From Rebecca billardiae RCC1528 (Eukaryota; Protista; Haptophyta), in contig OZ251224.1 in the NCBI GenBank assembly GCA_965240325.2, positions 558,001 to 622,000 on the forward strand: DNA of 64,000 nucleotides, written 5' to 3'. Below the pieces are notes generated by a model. That model had not been told where the DNA came from. It saw only the letters and a list, made by a program, of their open reading frames with translations, and made no database searches. A program made the position numbers and the translations under genes. This document shows positions 10,674 through 21,134 of this stretch, in pieces. How positions within the stretch are numbered: the first letter of the stretch is position 1; every line of letters begins with the position of its first letter.

Positions 10674-12221
10674 TCAATAGAATTCGGTGAAGGGCAGTGG
10701 GTGCCAGCGCAGCGACGGCGGGAGCGACGCGGGCTCGACGGTGAGCTCGAGCTTCGGCAGCTCGGTCTGCAGCGTGTCGACGAACACCGATGAGCAGTTG
10801 AACGAGCGCGACATGGCGAGGCGGCGGAGGCGCACGCAGCCGCGCGCGCACGCGCCGATGGCGTCCGCAGACAGGTAGATGCACGCGACAATGTTGAGGT
10901 CGGCGAGCTCGGCCGCGTGCTCTTGGAGCACGTACAGCGTCTCGTCGCGCACCTGGCAGCCGCTCACGTCGAGGCTGCGCAGCTTCGAGCACGCGCGCCC
11001 CACCGCCCCCACGCCCGCGTCGTCCACCTGCCCGCAGCCGCCCACGTGCAGCGCGCGCAGACACGCTGGGAGTGCCGCGGCCAGCTCGAGCAGCGACGCC
11101 GAGCTGAGCGCGGGGCAGCGGCGGAGCTCGAGCGCCTCGAGGCGCGGGCAGCCGCGGCAGAGCAGCGAGACCCCCCGATCGGTCAGCGCCGCGCAGTCCG
11201 TCAGCCCTAGCGCGCGCAGCCCGGCGCAGCGCGAGGCGAGCAGCTCGACCCCGAAGTCGGTCAGTGCGCACGCGGGCGGGCCGGGCTGGCGCGCGCGCGG
11301 CACGTACGCGCGCCGCGCGGCGAGGACGAGCGCGGCGGCGCAGCCGGCGTCGGCGGGGTCGGTGTCGTGGCCGTCCACCGAGCCAAGCGCCTCGCTCTCC
11401 GGCCCGCCCGTCGCGTCCGCCTCCGCGCCGAGCAGCGCGCCCGTCAGCCCGCAGCGCGCGCCCGCGGAGAGCGCGAGCGCGCGCGCGTCCTCGTCGAGCA
11501 GCAGCGGCAGCGTGTGGTCGGCGATCAGGCCGTGCACGCGCATGTGCTCGGCGAGCGGGCGGAGCAGCTCGGGCGGGAGGGGCAGCACGGACGGCCGCCC
11601 GTGCTCGTCCGGCTCAAACTCCGCCCACTCGCCCGGCAGCCCGTGCGCGAGCGCGCGCGTCGCCAGCTCGACCAGTGAGGGCACGCGCGGCCGCTCGGCG
11701 GCGCTGGCCGCGTTCGTACGGTCGTCGGCGGCGGCGGTGCCGGCGAGCAGCTTGCGCGCGCGCCGCTCCTTGGCCGCGGTCGCGCGTTGCTGCCGCTGCC
11801 GCCTGCGCACCGCCTCGGCCGCCGCGCGCAGCTCGTCCTCCTCGTGCACCTCCTCGGCGGCATCGTGCGGCGCGTTGGCGAGCGACCACAGGTCTCGCAC
11901 GATGGGCAGCAGCGTCTCGAGCCAGCACCACGCGATGTTGGCGCCCTGGATGGCGATGGGCACCCACGGCCGGTCCCAGCTCGCACGCTCGAACAGGCTC
12001 AGCTTGATCACCAGCACCGCGCACAGCAGCGAGCGCGCGAGCACGACAAAGGGCGACGAGTGGCCAAGGTGGGCGGCCAACTCGGTGCGCACGACGCCCG
12101 CGGTGGCCACGTCGACGAGCGATCGGCGCCAGGTGCTGATGGGGCGCGATGGGCGCGTTGAGGGGGCGAGCCCGAGCTCGAGTGCCAGCAGCGCGAGGTT
12201 GGGGAGCTGGCGGCGCAGCAT
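10674..12221 (-). CDS. Cys-containing LRR protein (AMN1/Rad7/FBXL-like) with N-terminal hydrophobic segments
   Basis: Repeats LRALGLTDCAALTDRGV, LRSLDVSGCQVRDE; BC-box-like VPSLVELATRAL. Start codon uncertain. Confidence 0.75.
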   Translation of the reverse strand: MLRRQLPNLALLALELGLAPSTRPSRPISTWRRSLVDVATAGVVRTELAAHLGHSSPFVVLARSLLCAVLVIKLSLFERASWDRPWVPIAIQGANIAWCWLETLLPIVRDLWSLANAPHDAAEEVHEEDELRAAAEAVRRRQRQQRATAAKERRARKLLAGTAAADDRTNAASAAERPRVPSLVELATRALAHGLPGEWAEFEPDEHGRPSVLPLPPELLRPLAEHMRVHGLIADHTLPLLLDEDARALALSAGARCGLTGALLGAEADATGGPESEALGSVDGHDTDPADAGCAAALVLAARRAYVPRARQPGPPACALTDFGVELLASRCAGLRALGLTDCAALTDRGVSLLCRGCPRLEALELRRCPALSSASLLELAAALPACLRALHVGGCGQVDDAGVGAVGRACSKLRSLDVSGCQVRDETLYVLQEHAAELADLNIVACIYLSADAIGACARGCVRLRRLAMSRSFNCSSVFVDTLQTELPKLELTVEPASLPPSLRWHPLPFTEFY

Positions 12222-12581
12222 GCCGGGCCACGATGGCGCCCAGCTGGTGCGTCGCCGAGGGTAATCACACGGCCGGGCGGCGGCACCGGCCTGGGTCCGC
12301 AGGTGGGTCAGGAATCTCTCTGGTCGGCCGGCCCAGCAAACATTTTCGTCTGCCGAAAATCGGGCACGTGATCCTCTATCCAATCTCGATCTCTCCGGGC
12401 GGGGGGGGGGGCGCCGCTACCCTACCTCAGAGCCGACGACGACGGGTGATCGCCGCAAGAAAGAGGGGGGCATCCATCAGGCCAAGGCGACGCCATCAAG
12501 CCAAGGGTGGGGGCACACACCCAGGCCCCATCAGCGTCCGCCTGCGCGCCTCGTCGGATCTCCCGGCGAGTGGCCGGGGGC

Positions 12582-15365
12582 ATGCCGCCCGTATCGGTGC
12601 CTCGGCTGCGCCGATGGTCGAGTGGGCGGCACACAGCCGGCACTGCCGGCGGGGACACGCCACGCCGCTCGATCGGCGACGGCGGGCCGTCGACGGCGGC
12701 CGCGCTCACGGGCTCTGGACCGCTGACCGCGCGCAAGCCGAGGTGGTCGGCGGCGCGTCGGCGGAGTGACACCGCGGACGCGCCGCCCGCCCCGCTGCCG
12801 AAGACGCCGCGCCGCACGTACCGCACCATCGAGAAGATCGGCAGCGGCTCGCAGTCCGAGGTCTTCCTCGTGAGCGACAGCGAGACGCACACGCTGTACG
12901 TGAAGAAGCGCTTCCTCAAGGCGCGCATGTCCGAGTCGGCGCTGCGCGAGGTGCAGTTCCTGCTCAAGCTGCGCGAGCACCCGCACATCGTGACGGTGTA
13001 CGACGCGTTCGAGGAGGAGGGCCGCTACTTCTGCCTGGTCGTCGAGTTTTGCGACGGCGGCGACCTGGACCGGCACATCGCGAAGCGCGCGGAGGCGATG
13101 CGCCCCTTCTCGGACGACGAGATCCTCGACTTCGCGGCGCAGCTCGCGTCGGCGCTGAACTTCGCGCACCGCAAGTCGATCCTGCACCGCGACATCAAGC
13201 CGTCCAACATCTTCGTCACCAAGGCGGGCCAGCTCTCGATCGGCGACTTTGGCGTCGCCAAGGAGCTGACGGACGAGCTGCAGCCGAGCAGCGGCAACGC
13301 GATCGTGGGCACGCCGTACTACCTGCCGCCCGAGACGGTGCGCGGCGAGGCGTACACGTACAAGGCGGACATGTGGGCGCTCGGCGTCGTGCTGTACCAG
13401 CTCGCCGTGCTGCGCAAGCCCTTCGAGGGCAGCACGCTCGTCCAGCTCGGCAACGCAATCCAGCGCGCAGAGCCCGAGCCGCTGCCGCCGTCGCGCTCGT
13501 CCGTGCTGCGCACGCTGATCGACATCACGCTGGCGAAGGACCCGGCGCAGCGCGCGTCGGCGGCGCAGCTGATGCGCATGCCCGCGCTCCACTCGCGCAT
13601 CCTGCGCACGCGCGCCTTCTCCCCCGCGCAGATCGTCGCGCCCGCGCGCGCGCGCCGGCCGGCCGCGTCGCAGCAGACGGTCGTGCACTCGGCCTACTCG
13701 AACGCGAGCGGCTACCTCGACGCGCTCAAGGAGCTGCAGCACATCCCGGGGGCGCTCGGCCGGCGCGCGTCGCTGCCCAACCCGTTCGCCTGGTCGCTCA
13801 GCGCGGTGGGCGCGGGCGCGGGCGTCGCGTCCGCCGGCCGGCTGCCGCCGCCCGTCGAGGGCGCGCCGGCGGGCGCGGACGCGGGCGCGCCCGGCGCCGA
13901 CACGCCCGGCAGCGCCAGGCTGCGCTCGCCCACGTTCCTGCCCTTCTTCGGCGGCGCGTCGACGGACGAGATGAGCCTGGGCAAGCGCGGGCGCGACGCC
14001 AGCCTCGGCTCCGCCAGGCGCTCCAGCGCGCCCGGCGGCACCGACCTCGCGGAGGCGGACGAGCCCGCCTCGACCGCCGACCTCGGCCGCTCGCTGCACC
14101 TCGAGCAGCTGGGCGAGGTGGAGCCCGTGCCGGAGGGGGCGGAGCGCGCGGCGGGCGGGGCGCGCTCGCCGCGCCGCGCGCGCGAGCCGTCGAAGGGGCG
14201 GCAGAGCTCCTTCCCCATCCCGTTCCCCGCCGCGCTGCCCGCCTCGCCCGTGCGGCTCACGAGCCACGGGCGCGCGTCGGGCGACGACGGCGGCCGCGGC
14301 GCCGTGGCGGCCGTGCTCGACCTGCGCTCGCACCAGTGCTCGTGCGAGCTCTCGCGCACGGTGGGCACGCTGTACGTGACGGCGACGCACGTGTGCTTCG
14401 TCCCCTACCTCGGCGGACGCTCGGTCTCGATCGAGATCAACGCGATCGCGTGCCTCGTGAAGGCGCGCTACCTGACTTGGGGCTGCGGCCGCGGCCACTC
14501 GCTGTGGATTGCCGTTGCGACCGCGGACGGCGGCATGCACATCGAGAAGTTCCACGGGTTCGCGGCGCGCGGCGAGGCGGTACTGCACATCTGCCAGGCG
14601 GCCGCCGCGACGGGGTACTCCATCCCGGTGTACGCGCAGCGCGGGCTGTACAAGGCGTCGACGCAGCGCGAGCTCGTGCGGCGCGTGAGCTCGCGCGAGC
14701 AGCGGCTGCGCGAGCTGATCGAATCGGGCGCCCTCCGCCCGACCGACACGCCCGTGACCGCCGCCGAGATCGACAGCTCGAGCGGCACGCGGCGGCAGCA
14801 CGACCCGAAGCTCGCGGGCGCGCTCGCGCCGCTCAACCAGGCGGCGCGCGCGCTCACCGCGCCGCCACCGCGCGGCGCACGCGCGGGCGAGCCGGCGCCC
14901 GCCCCGGCGGCAGCCGAGCCGGATGCGCACGGCGCCGCGCGCGCGGACGGCGATGCGGCCGGCTCAGAGGCTGCCACCTCGCTCGCCGACAGCGTCGCCA
15001 CGCGGGACGCGAAGGCGCTCGCGCTGACGGCGACGCTTGACGCGACGCTGGATGCGGCAGATGCGGCCGGCGACCCGAACGCGTGCACGCTCGGAGCGGA
15101 CGACGACGCAGCGGCCGGCGGCGCAAAGGAGGTGGCTGCGGCTGCGCCCACGCCCTCCGACGGCCAGAGTGTCGCAGACCCGAACGACGTGACCGTGGAG
15201 GTGCGCGTGAACTACGAGGAAGTGCCGCCACCGCCAACATTGGACGCTCACGGCGGCGGGTACCGTGGGGATCAGAAGCCGCCGGAGGTGCGGCCCCCGC
15301 TTTGGCACGCTGCCCCTGCCAGTCACACTCACAGCGATCCGATGGCCAGTGCGCGGTACCTGTGA
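12582..15365 (+). CDS. NIMA-related (NEK) Ser/Thr kinase with a C-terminal GRAM/PH-like domain
   Basis: HRDIKPSNIF, GDFGVAK, GTPYYLPPE, KADMWALGVVLYQL. GRAM-like CSCELSRTVGTLYVTATHVCF at ~14336-14470. Confidence 0.88.
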   Translation: MPPVSVPRLRRWSSGRHTAGTAGGDTPRRSIGDGGPSTAAALTGSGPLTARKPRWSAARRRSDTADAPPAPLPKTPRRTYRTIEKIGSGSQSEVFLVSDSETHTLYVKKRFLKARMSESALREVQFLLKLREHPHIVTVYDAFEEEGRYFCLVVEFCDGGDLDRHIAKRAEAMRPFSDDEILDFAAQLASALNFAHRKSILHRDIKPSNIFVTKAGQLSIGDFGVAKELTDELQPSSGNAIVGTPYYLPPETVRGEAYTYKADMWALGVVLYQLAVLRKPFEGSTLVQLGNAIQRAEPEPLPPSRSSVLRTLIDITLAKDPAQRASAAQLMRMPALHSRILRTRAFSPAQIVAPARARRPAASQQTVVHSAYSNASGYLDALKELQHIPGALGRRASLPNPFAWSLSAVGAGAGVASAGRLPPPVEGAPAGADAGAPGADTPGSARLRSPTFLPFFGGASTDEMSLGKRGRDASLGSARRSSAPGGTDLAEADEPASTADLGRSLHLEQLGEVEPVPEGAERAAGGARSPRRAREPSKGRQSSFPIPFPAALPASPVRLTSHGRASGDDGGRGAVAAVLDLRSHQCSCELSRTVGTLYVTATHVCFVPYLGGRSVSIEINAIACLVKARYLTWGCGRGHSLWIAVATADGGMHIEKFHGFAARGEAVLHICQAAAATGYSIPVYAQRGLYKASTQRELVRRVSSREQRLRELIESGALRPTDTPVTAAEIDSSSGTRRQHDPKLAGALAPLNQAARALTAPPPRGARAGEPAPAPAAAEPDAHGAARADGDAAGSEAATSLADSVATRDAKALALTATLDATLDAADAAGDPNACTLGADDDAAAGGAKEVAAAAPTPSDGQSVADPNDVTVEVRVNYEEVPPPPTLDAHGGGYRGDQKPPEVRPPLWHAAPASHTHSDPMASARYL

Positions 15366-15906
15366 CTTTGTATATGCTGCTGATTTATGATTGGACGACG
15401 ATGACTGCTTGCATGTATCTCGGCTACAGTACACACTGCTGACACTGATGCTGCGTATAAATATTAATATCAGAGGGCCCAACAGCCAACTTGAATTTCG
15501 TCCCTACTTACTTAGAATCTGATGATCAAACTCATGAATAATAATGACCATTATTATTATTATGAAAGATGGCGGCGGCTGTAACGCGGCACTCGGGCTC
15601 GGCTGAGCAAGCTGCCTCTGATATGATACGTAACTATATATATACATGCATATATATATATGACGATATATGATGTAGTACATACAGCACGCATACTGAT
15701 GATGACGCGACGACGCGACTACGCGCCGATCAGTGCCAGTGGCACTCGTCGTCATCAACGTACGTGCCGAGCACAAGCCGCCACCTCACGGACACGGGCC
15801 GACGGGGCCGCGACCTCGGACACGAGTCACGCTCTCAGAGAGACTCTCATCAGTGACTCACTCTGAGATGCGCCGACGACGCCGGCCGGCTCCCTGAGCG
15901 CACGCC

Positions 15907-17649
15907 TTATTGCGCCACCGCCAAGGGCTGGCGCTGCCGAGCCCGACTTGCGCCAGCGCCAAGGGCTGGCGCTGCTGAGCCCGACGAACCGCCCATGCAC
16001 GACGCCGCGCGCTGCTCGCAGCAGGCGCGATGCAGTGCGCACGAGCCGTCAGCCTCGAAGGCTCGACATCCGTGCACGGCGATCGGCCGGCCGCTCACCA
16101 GCTGCTGCCCCTGGCTGAGCGGGCGCGGCCGGCCCAGGTGCATGTTGAGAGGCAGGTTGGCTATGCGCGCGCACGCTGCGCCGCTCGCGTCGTGCTCGTG
16201 CTGCCCGCGCGCGGGCACGCGGTCGCCGAACGCCGTCTGGTCGCGATAGAGCAGCGCCGAGATCCGCGCCGCGCCGGGCGTGGTGAGCCGCGCGCCGCTG
16301 GCCGTCGCCGCTCGCTCCGAGAGTCCCTGCAGGTACTTCCACCACCAGGCAGCGCTCACCTGGCAGGGCGGCGGGCGCGGGGCGTGGCGGGGGGGCGCGC
16401 CGGGCAAGCGCGGTCAGACGCAGTGGCGGGCACACACGGCGGCGGCACGGCTGACGGCACACCGACGGGCCGGCGGCGCGCGCGCGCGAGCGCCGGCCCG
16501 CACCTGCGCCGCGGCCGCGCCCCTGCGCACGACAAACACGCCGGTGTTGGCCGAGCACGCGGCGCGCGGGGCTGCGTTCAGGCAGCGCGAGAGGCAGCGC
16601 ATGTGCGCACGCGTGTCCTCCGCGAGCGAAGGCGGCCGGCTGCACCGGTTGTCGCACATCTGCGACACGTTGCTCCCGCGGCGGAGATGGTTCCCGATCA
16701 GCCGCACGCTGAGCGCCGCGCTCGACTCCGCGAGCGCGTCAGCCACGCCGAGCGTGGCCTCGAGCGCGCGCGCGCACAGGCTGGCGTCGGCATCGAGCAG
16801 CAGCGTGCTGTTGAACGGCGTCTGCGCGAGCGCGGAGATCTTGAGCAGTCGCGAGTAACGCCCGCTCGCGCTCTTCTGCCGCAGCGCGCGCGGGATCTCG
16901 GCGTGTGCCTGCAGGTGCGCTGCCGCCAGCGCGCAGAGCGAGCAGCGGTCGGGCCCGCGCCGAGCTGAGAGCAGATGCGCGGCCGCAGGCGGGCCGGGCT
17001 GCAGCACGGGGGAGGGCCACGTGGCGACGTCGCCTGCGCCTCCGGCATGGCTCGCGGTGGCATCCCAGTGGGCAAGGGCCTGCCCAAGGGCGTCATCCCT
17101 CGCGCCCTCGCTCGCAGACGACCGCTGCTGCCGCTTGCCCGCCACGTGCGCGCGCACTGCAGCGTCGGGCGCGGCTGGGATGGCACACCCTGGGATCGTG
17201 ACCACGTGCAGCGCTGAGAGCCAGTCGATGCCACCTGCGCTCATCGCCAGCAATGGCGCCTGGCTGCGATACTCGCTCAGCAGAGCGCTGAGCGTCCCGT
17301 TGCCCATCGACGTGAGCAGGCACATCGGGAGCTCTGGGTTGGCGGCGTGCGCACGGCGGATGTTGTTGAAGGTGAAAAACGCAAAGCGCTTCTCGAGGCC
17401 CAGAGCCTTTGGGACTCTGGCGTCCGGGACGCTATCGCCATCGCGCAGCAGGCACTCGTGGGCGTACAGCGTGAGCACCCAGCACGCGCCGACGGCGCCA
17501 AGACGCGCCGGCGCAGTGTGGGCGTGCATCACGCAATTGGGCGGTCCTGATCCGGATGATGACGAAACCGGACGCTTTACGCCCGTACAGTACTGCTTGC
17601 GGGTACGCTGTGAAACCGTCGCCGACGCTGCTGTAGGCAGCAGGGCCAA
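15907..17649 (-). CDS. GT-A fold (GT8-like, DxD) glycosyltransferase; intron 16360-16503; 5' end uncertain
   Basis: LKISALAQTPFNSTLLLDADA, ANTGVFVVRRG, RDQ motif after the phase-0 intron. The ATG at 17707 is in another frame; a 1-nt indel near 17650 would give a signal peptide. Confidence 0.65.
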
Positions 17650-17780
17650 GGACGCCGGCTCGTCGGGGTGCGCGCAGCACCCACCCAGCCCGTCGGCGCG
17701 TCAACATGTTGAGCAACAGGCGAAGGCGAACGGGATCTCCTGGGCCTCCGGCAGCGGCTCCGGCAAGTGAGGCAGCCGGC

Positions 17781-17957
17781 ATGAGCGCACTCGCTGCAAC
17801 CCCCGCAGCAGAGGCACCCGATGTGGGCAGCCCCCCACGTGTGGCCAGACCACGTCCAGTGGCGACGCCGAATGCGCCAAAGAAGGCGCGGCGGAAAAAG
17901 CTGGACGTCGACGCACACAGCGTTAGATCGCGAAAACTGGACTTTGCCGAGCTGTGA
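17781..17957 (+). CDS. 58-aa small protein with SIAMESE/SMR-like CDK-inhibitor motifs
   Basis: MSALAATP...GSPP...ATPNAPKKARRKKL...RSRKLDF. Divergent to the GT gene like other pairs here. Confidence 0.55.
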   Translation: MSALAATPAAEAPDVGSPPRVARPRPVATPNAPKKARRKKLDVDAHSVRSRKLDFAEL

Positions 17958-19385
17958 CACGTGATGTCTCGGCTCCCGTGGCCTGACGGCATCCATGCTG
18001 CTTTATTTGGCGCTGATGTGATTTCTGCAAGCGGGCTGCTACGACACGTCACCGATGGCATCAACGCACTCGAAACGTGTAACTCTCATCGTATTGACCT
18101 TCTTCTCACGTCGAGCTGTCCTGGGTACCTCATTTGCCCCGACCCGATGCATGTGAAGAGAGCTGGAGCGGGATGCACGTTTGCACACTGACTGGGATCT
18201 CATCCGAGCCCACGCCATGGCGACACCTGCTCTCCGGCGGCTAAGCACAAACATCTCTCCAGCTGCTCCATAAATCCGCAGATGAAGGTGACAAGTCGAC
18301 GATCATAACCCGGTGAGCTTCACGAGACACGAACCCGGCGTCACGTATAACGCTCGGCGTCGGACGACTACGCCGTACGGCGTGCGCGCGGACCGTACGA
18401 CAGTACGAGTCAACGTGGACAGCGGGTCCGCCGGCGGGGCCGTCAGTCAGTCGGGCAGCAGTCCGAGCCCCGCCGCCCCACGGGCGCCGGGACTGCTTGA
18501 GTGCTGCCGCCCAGAATCGGATACGTTAAATATGATCTATCGTCGTAGCCTGCGCGCTGATCGAATGACGATAAGACATAAGTGATCAGGCACCGCGCTG
18601 GGTGCCGCTGTACTTGATATACTTATGCGGGTACCGGTGACGAATTATAATTAAAAGCGCCAGCGGTGGCGGCGCCGGCGGTGTCTGGGCCGTGGCGGAT
18701 TCCGTCCGGGATTGCCTGACAGACGGACGGGGCACGGGGGCTCCGGCGCCCGGCGGCGGCCCGGACTCGGTGCCGGCTTACGGCGCGCGCCGCGCCCGGG
18801 CGCGCGGCGCCGGCCCGCGCGCACATTAAAGGCTCAGGTCGCCTACTGACTTTACATATGTACTATATATGTGCGCGACAGACGATATAACGGATACGCG
18901 AGTAGTAGTTGCTACTAACTACTAAAAGCTATATACGACCCACGTACATTAAAGAAGACCTGTCTGTCTGCAGCCGCGCCCGCGGGCTGCCGCGGGCCAC
19001 CGACGGCACCGTACTTATACGAATTATTAAAGTCATTATAATATTACGGTCACGCATTACGGCATTATTATCATCATTGTTATATCACTGCGTGCTCAAT
19101 CATAAATATATTATAAGTAATATCAGCACTCGGTGCCACTGATCGGGCAGATCGGAATGTGAGATCGCCGCGGCCGTGGTCGCGCTGCTCACGGCTGGCT
19201 AGCAGACAATAGCAGTGTGATACTATACTGCGCTGTACTCATATTGATGATATTCGTCTATGATTTTAACGCCACACAGGTAGGACGACGCGACGACTGT
19301 ATTAAATTGGTACGGCGGCTGCCAATAATTATAATATATACGCACAATTTAATATCGTTCGGATCAAAGCCATGCCAGGAGGCCA

Positions 19386-20912
19386 TCAGTAGCGACTAGC
19401 GTCGGCGAAGAGCCAAGAGGCCATCAGTAGCGTCGGCAATGACAGTATCATTCGCATTGATCCATTTTTGGCCGCCCCTGGGATGCTCGTGTGTTCATGG
19501 ATGAGTTTTGCCTTCATCCACAGCGCGTTCATGTGATTCAAGTCGAGGACATCCCCAGGCGCGTCGCCAAATTGACGACGATGATCGTGATATCCACTGG
19601 CGCCTCCAGCCTCACCATCGCCATCGCCATACAGCTTGCCGCCGCCGGTCTCACTAGCGCCGACCCTGCCGAATGTCGCGGCAGCGTCACCGTAGCAGAA
19701 ATGCGTGGAGTTGCCGTGCCGCGGCCCAGGCAGCTTTGCCTCGAACGCCGTACGCAACCTGCGCACATCGTGCCAATCAGGCAGGAGGAACGCCTCATCT
19801 GACATCGAGCGCCGCCACACCCATCTGAGCTCGGCAGTGGGTATGCACGCGTGCGGCGGCTGGATCCCAGCGCGTTTGTGCCACGCCTCCGCCGCATGCA
19901 CCGCCACGCTCAAGGGCTTGTCCCAGCGCGGGTCATCCGCTGCAACGAGCCCGGCCTTGGCCCTGCCGACCACGATATCGGCAAGCGCCGTCAGCGTAAA
20001 TGGCAAGCCTGGGTTCGTGCGGGTCTTGGCCGCAAGTAGCTGGCCTGGGCGCTTCTCTCTGAGCCAGGCGCACGTGTGCGCCGCGCCCGTGTGCTCGCAA
20101 ATGAAGCGCGTGAGCAGGGGCCCGCGCGCATCGTCGTGCATGTTGAGCACGCTGATCCGGGCCGTACTGCCGCTGCCCGCGTCATTGCGGAGCAGCACGT
20201 GTGCCCAGTGGACGTACGCGCCGAAGGGGGAGAGACCATGGGCATCATTGTGCAGGCTCCACTCGCTGAGGAACTCGTGCAGCGTGAGGTGCCTCCCGTC
20301 CGCACACAGCCTGAGCGACGGCTGCCGTCGCGTGCCCGCCGTGCCGCGATGCTCAACCTTGTACCGCTGGTTGTAGTAGGATGTGATCCACTCGAAGAAG
20401 CGGCGGTAGACGACGACGATGCGCACACTGTACGAGGGGCGTAGGGCTGCGAGTACCAGCTCGCCACGCACACTCCCGAACGAGAAGAACTCGCTCGAGA
20501 TGAGCACATTGCGCCAATGGGCGGCCGCATCCCTGAGCTGGCTGAGGAAGTTGCTCCATTCTCGCCGCATGTCGGCTCGCATCGCGCCTTCTGAGGCCAC
20601 CCCCGCGATGCCTGCCTGCATACGCGTGTGGTGCCCAGCGGTGTACCCCTTCTTCAGAGTGCTCCGAGTTGTCCTCCCGGTGCCCACCACGGGGCTGAAG
20701 GGCACGTCCACCCTGTCCAGGTGCACGAGCAGCTGTTGGAACGGGCCTTCGGCACTGCGGGCGACGATGTGAAGCTGGATGGCAGTCGAGCCCGTCTTCA
20801 TCGGCCCGACATGCACGGTCGCCCAGAGGGGCCCCGAGCGATTCGCAGCGCTGGCCGCTTCACAGCACGAGGCCAGGACGACGATGGCCGAGGCCGCTCG
20901 CCATCGTACCAT
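19386..20912 (-). CDS. Secreted sulfotransferase-like P-loop protein
   Basis: Signal peptide MVRWRAASAIVVLASCCEAASA; VHVGPMKTGSTAIQ; VLISSEFFS; VVVYRRFFEWITSYYNQ. Confidence 0.75.
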   Translation of the reverse strand: MVRWRAASAIVVLASCCEAASAANRSGPLWATVHVGPMKTGSTAIQLHIVARSAEGPFQQLLVHLDRVDVPFSPVVGTGRTTRSTLKKGYTAGHHTRMQAGIAGVASEGAMRADMRREWSNFLSQLRDAAAHWRNVLISSEFFSFGSVRGELVLAALRPSYSVRIVVVYRRFFEWITSYYNQRYKVEHRGTAGTRRQPSLRLCADGRHLTLHEFLSEWSLHNDAHGLSPFGAYVHWAHVLLRNDAGSGSTARISVLNMHDDARGPLLTRFICEHTGAAHTCAWLREKRPGQLLAAKTRTNPGLPFTLTALADIVVGRAKAGLVAADDPRWDKPLSVAVHAAEAWHKRAGIQPPHACIPTAELRWVWRRSMSDEAFLLPDWHDVRRLRTAFEAKLPGPRHGNSTHFCYGDAAATFGRVGASETGGGKLYGDGDGEAGGASGYHDHRRQFGDAPGDVLDLNHMNALWMKAKLIHEHTSIPGAAKNGSMRMILSLPTLLMASWLFADASRY

Positions 20913-21134
20913 CGTCGTACAGTCAACGGTACAAGTAGTCCGTACGTAAGTAACTGCACCATGTATTATTAATGTTGTAACGGGCTGGGAGGCTGGCGGC
21001 CGATCGGGATGGCGCCGGGGGCTTAGGTGGCCTCGGTCAACAAACTCCAGTCTTGGCCCTGCTCGGAGCAGCCACGATCGAGGGAGCGTCCTGAGTGGAG
21101 GCCAGGCACGTCTCTTTGTGCTGACCAGCAGCTG

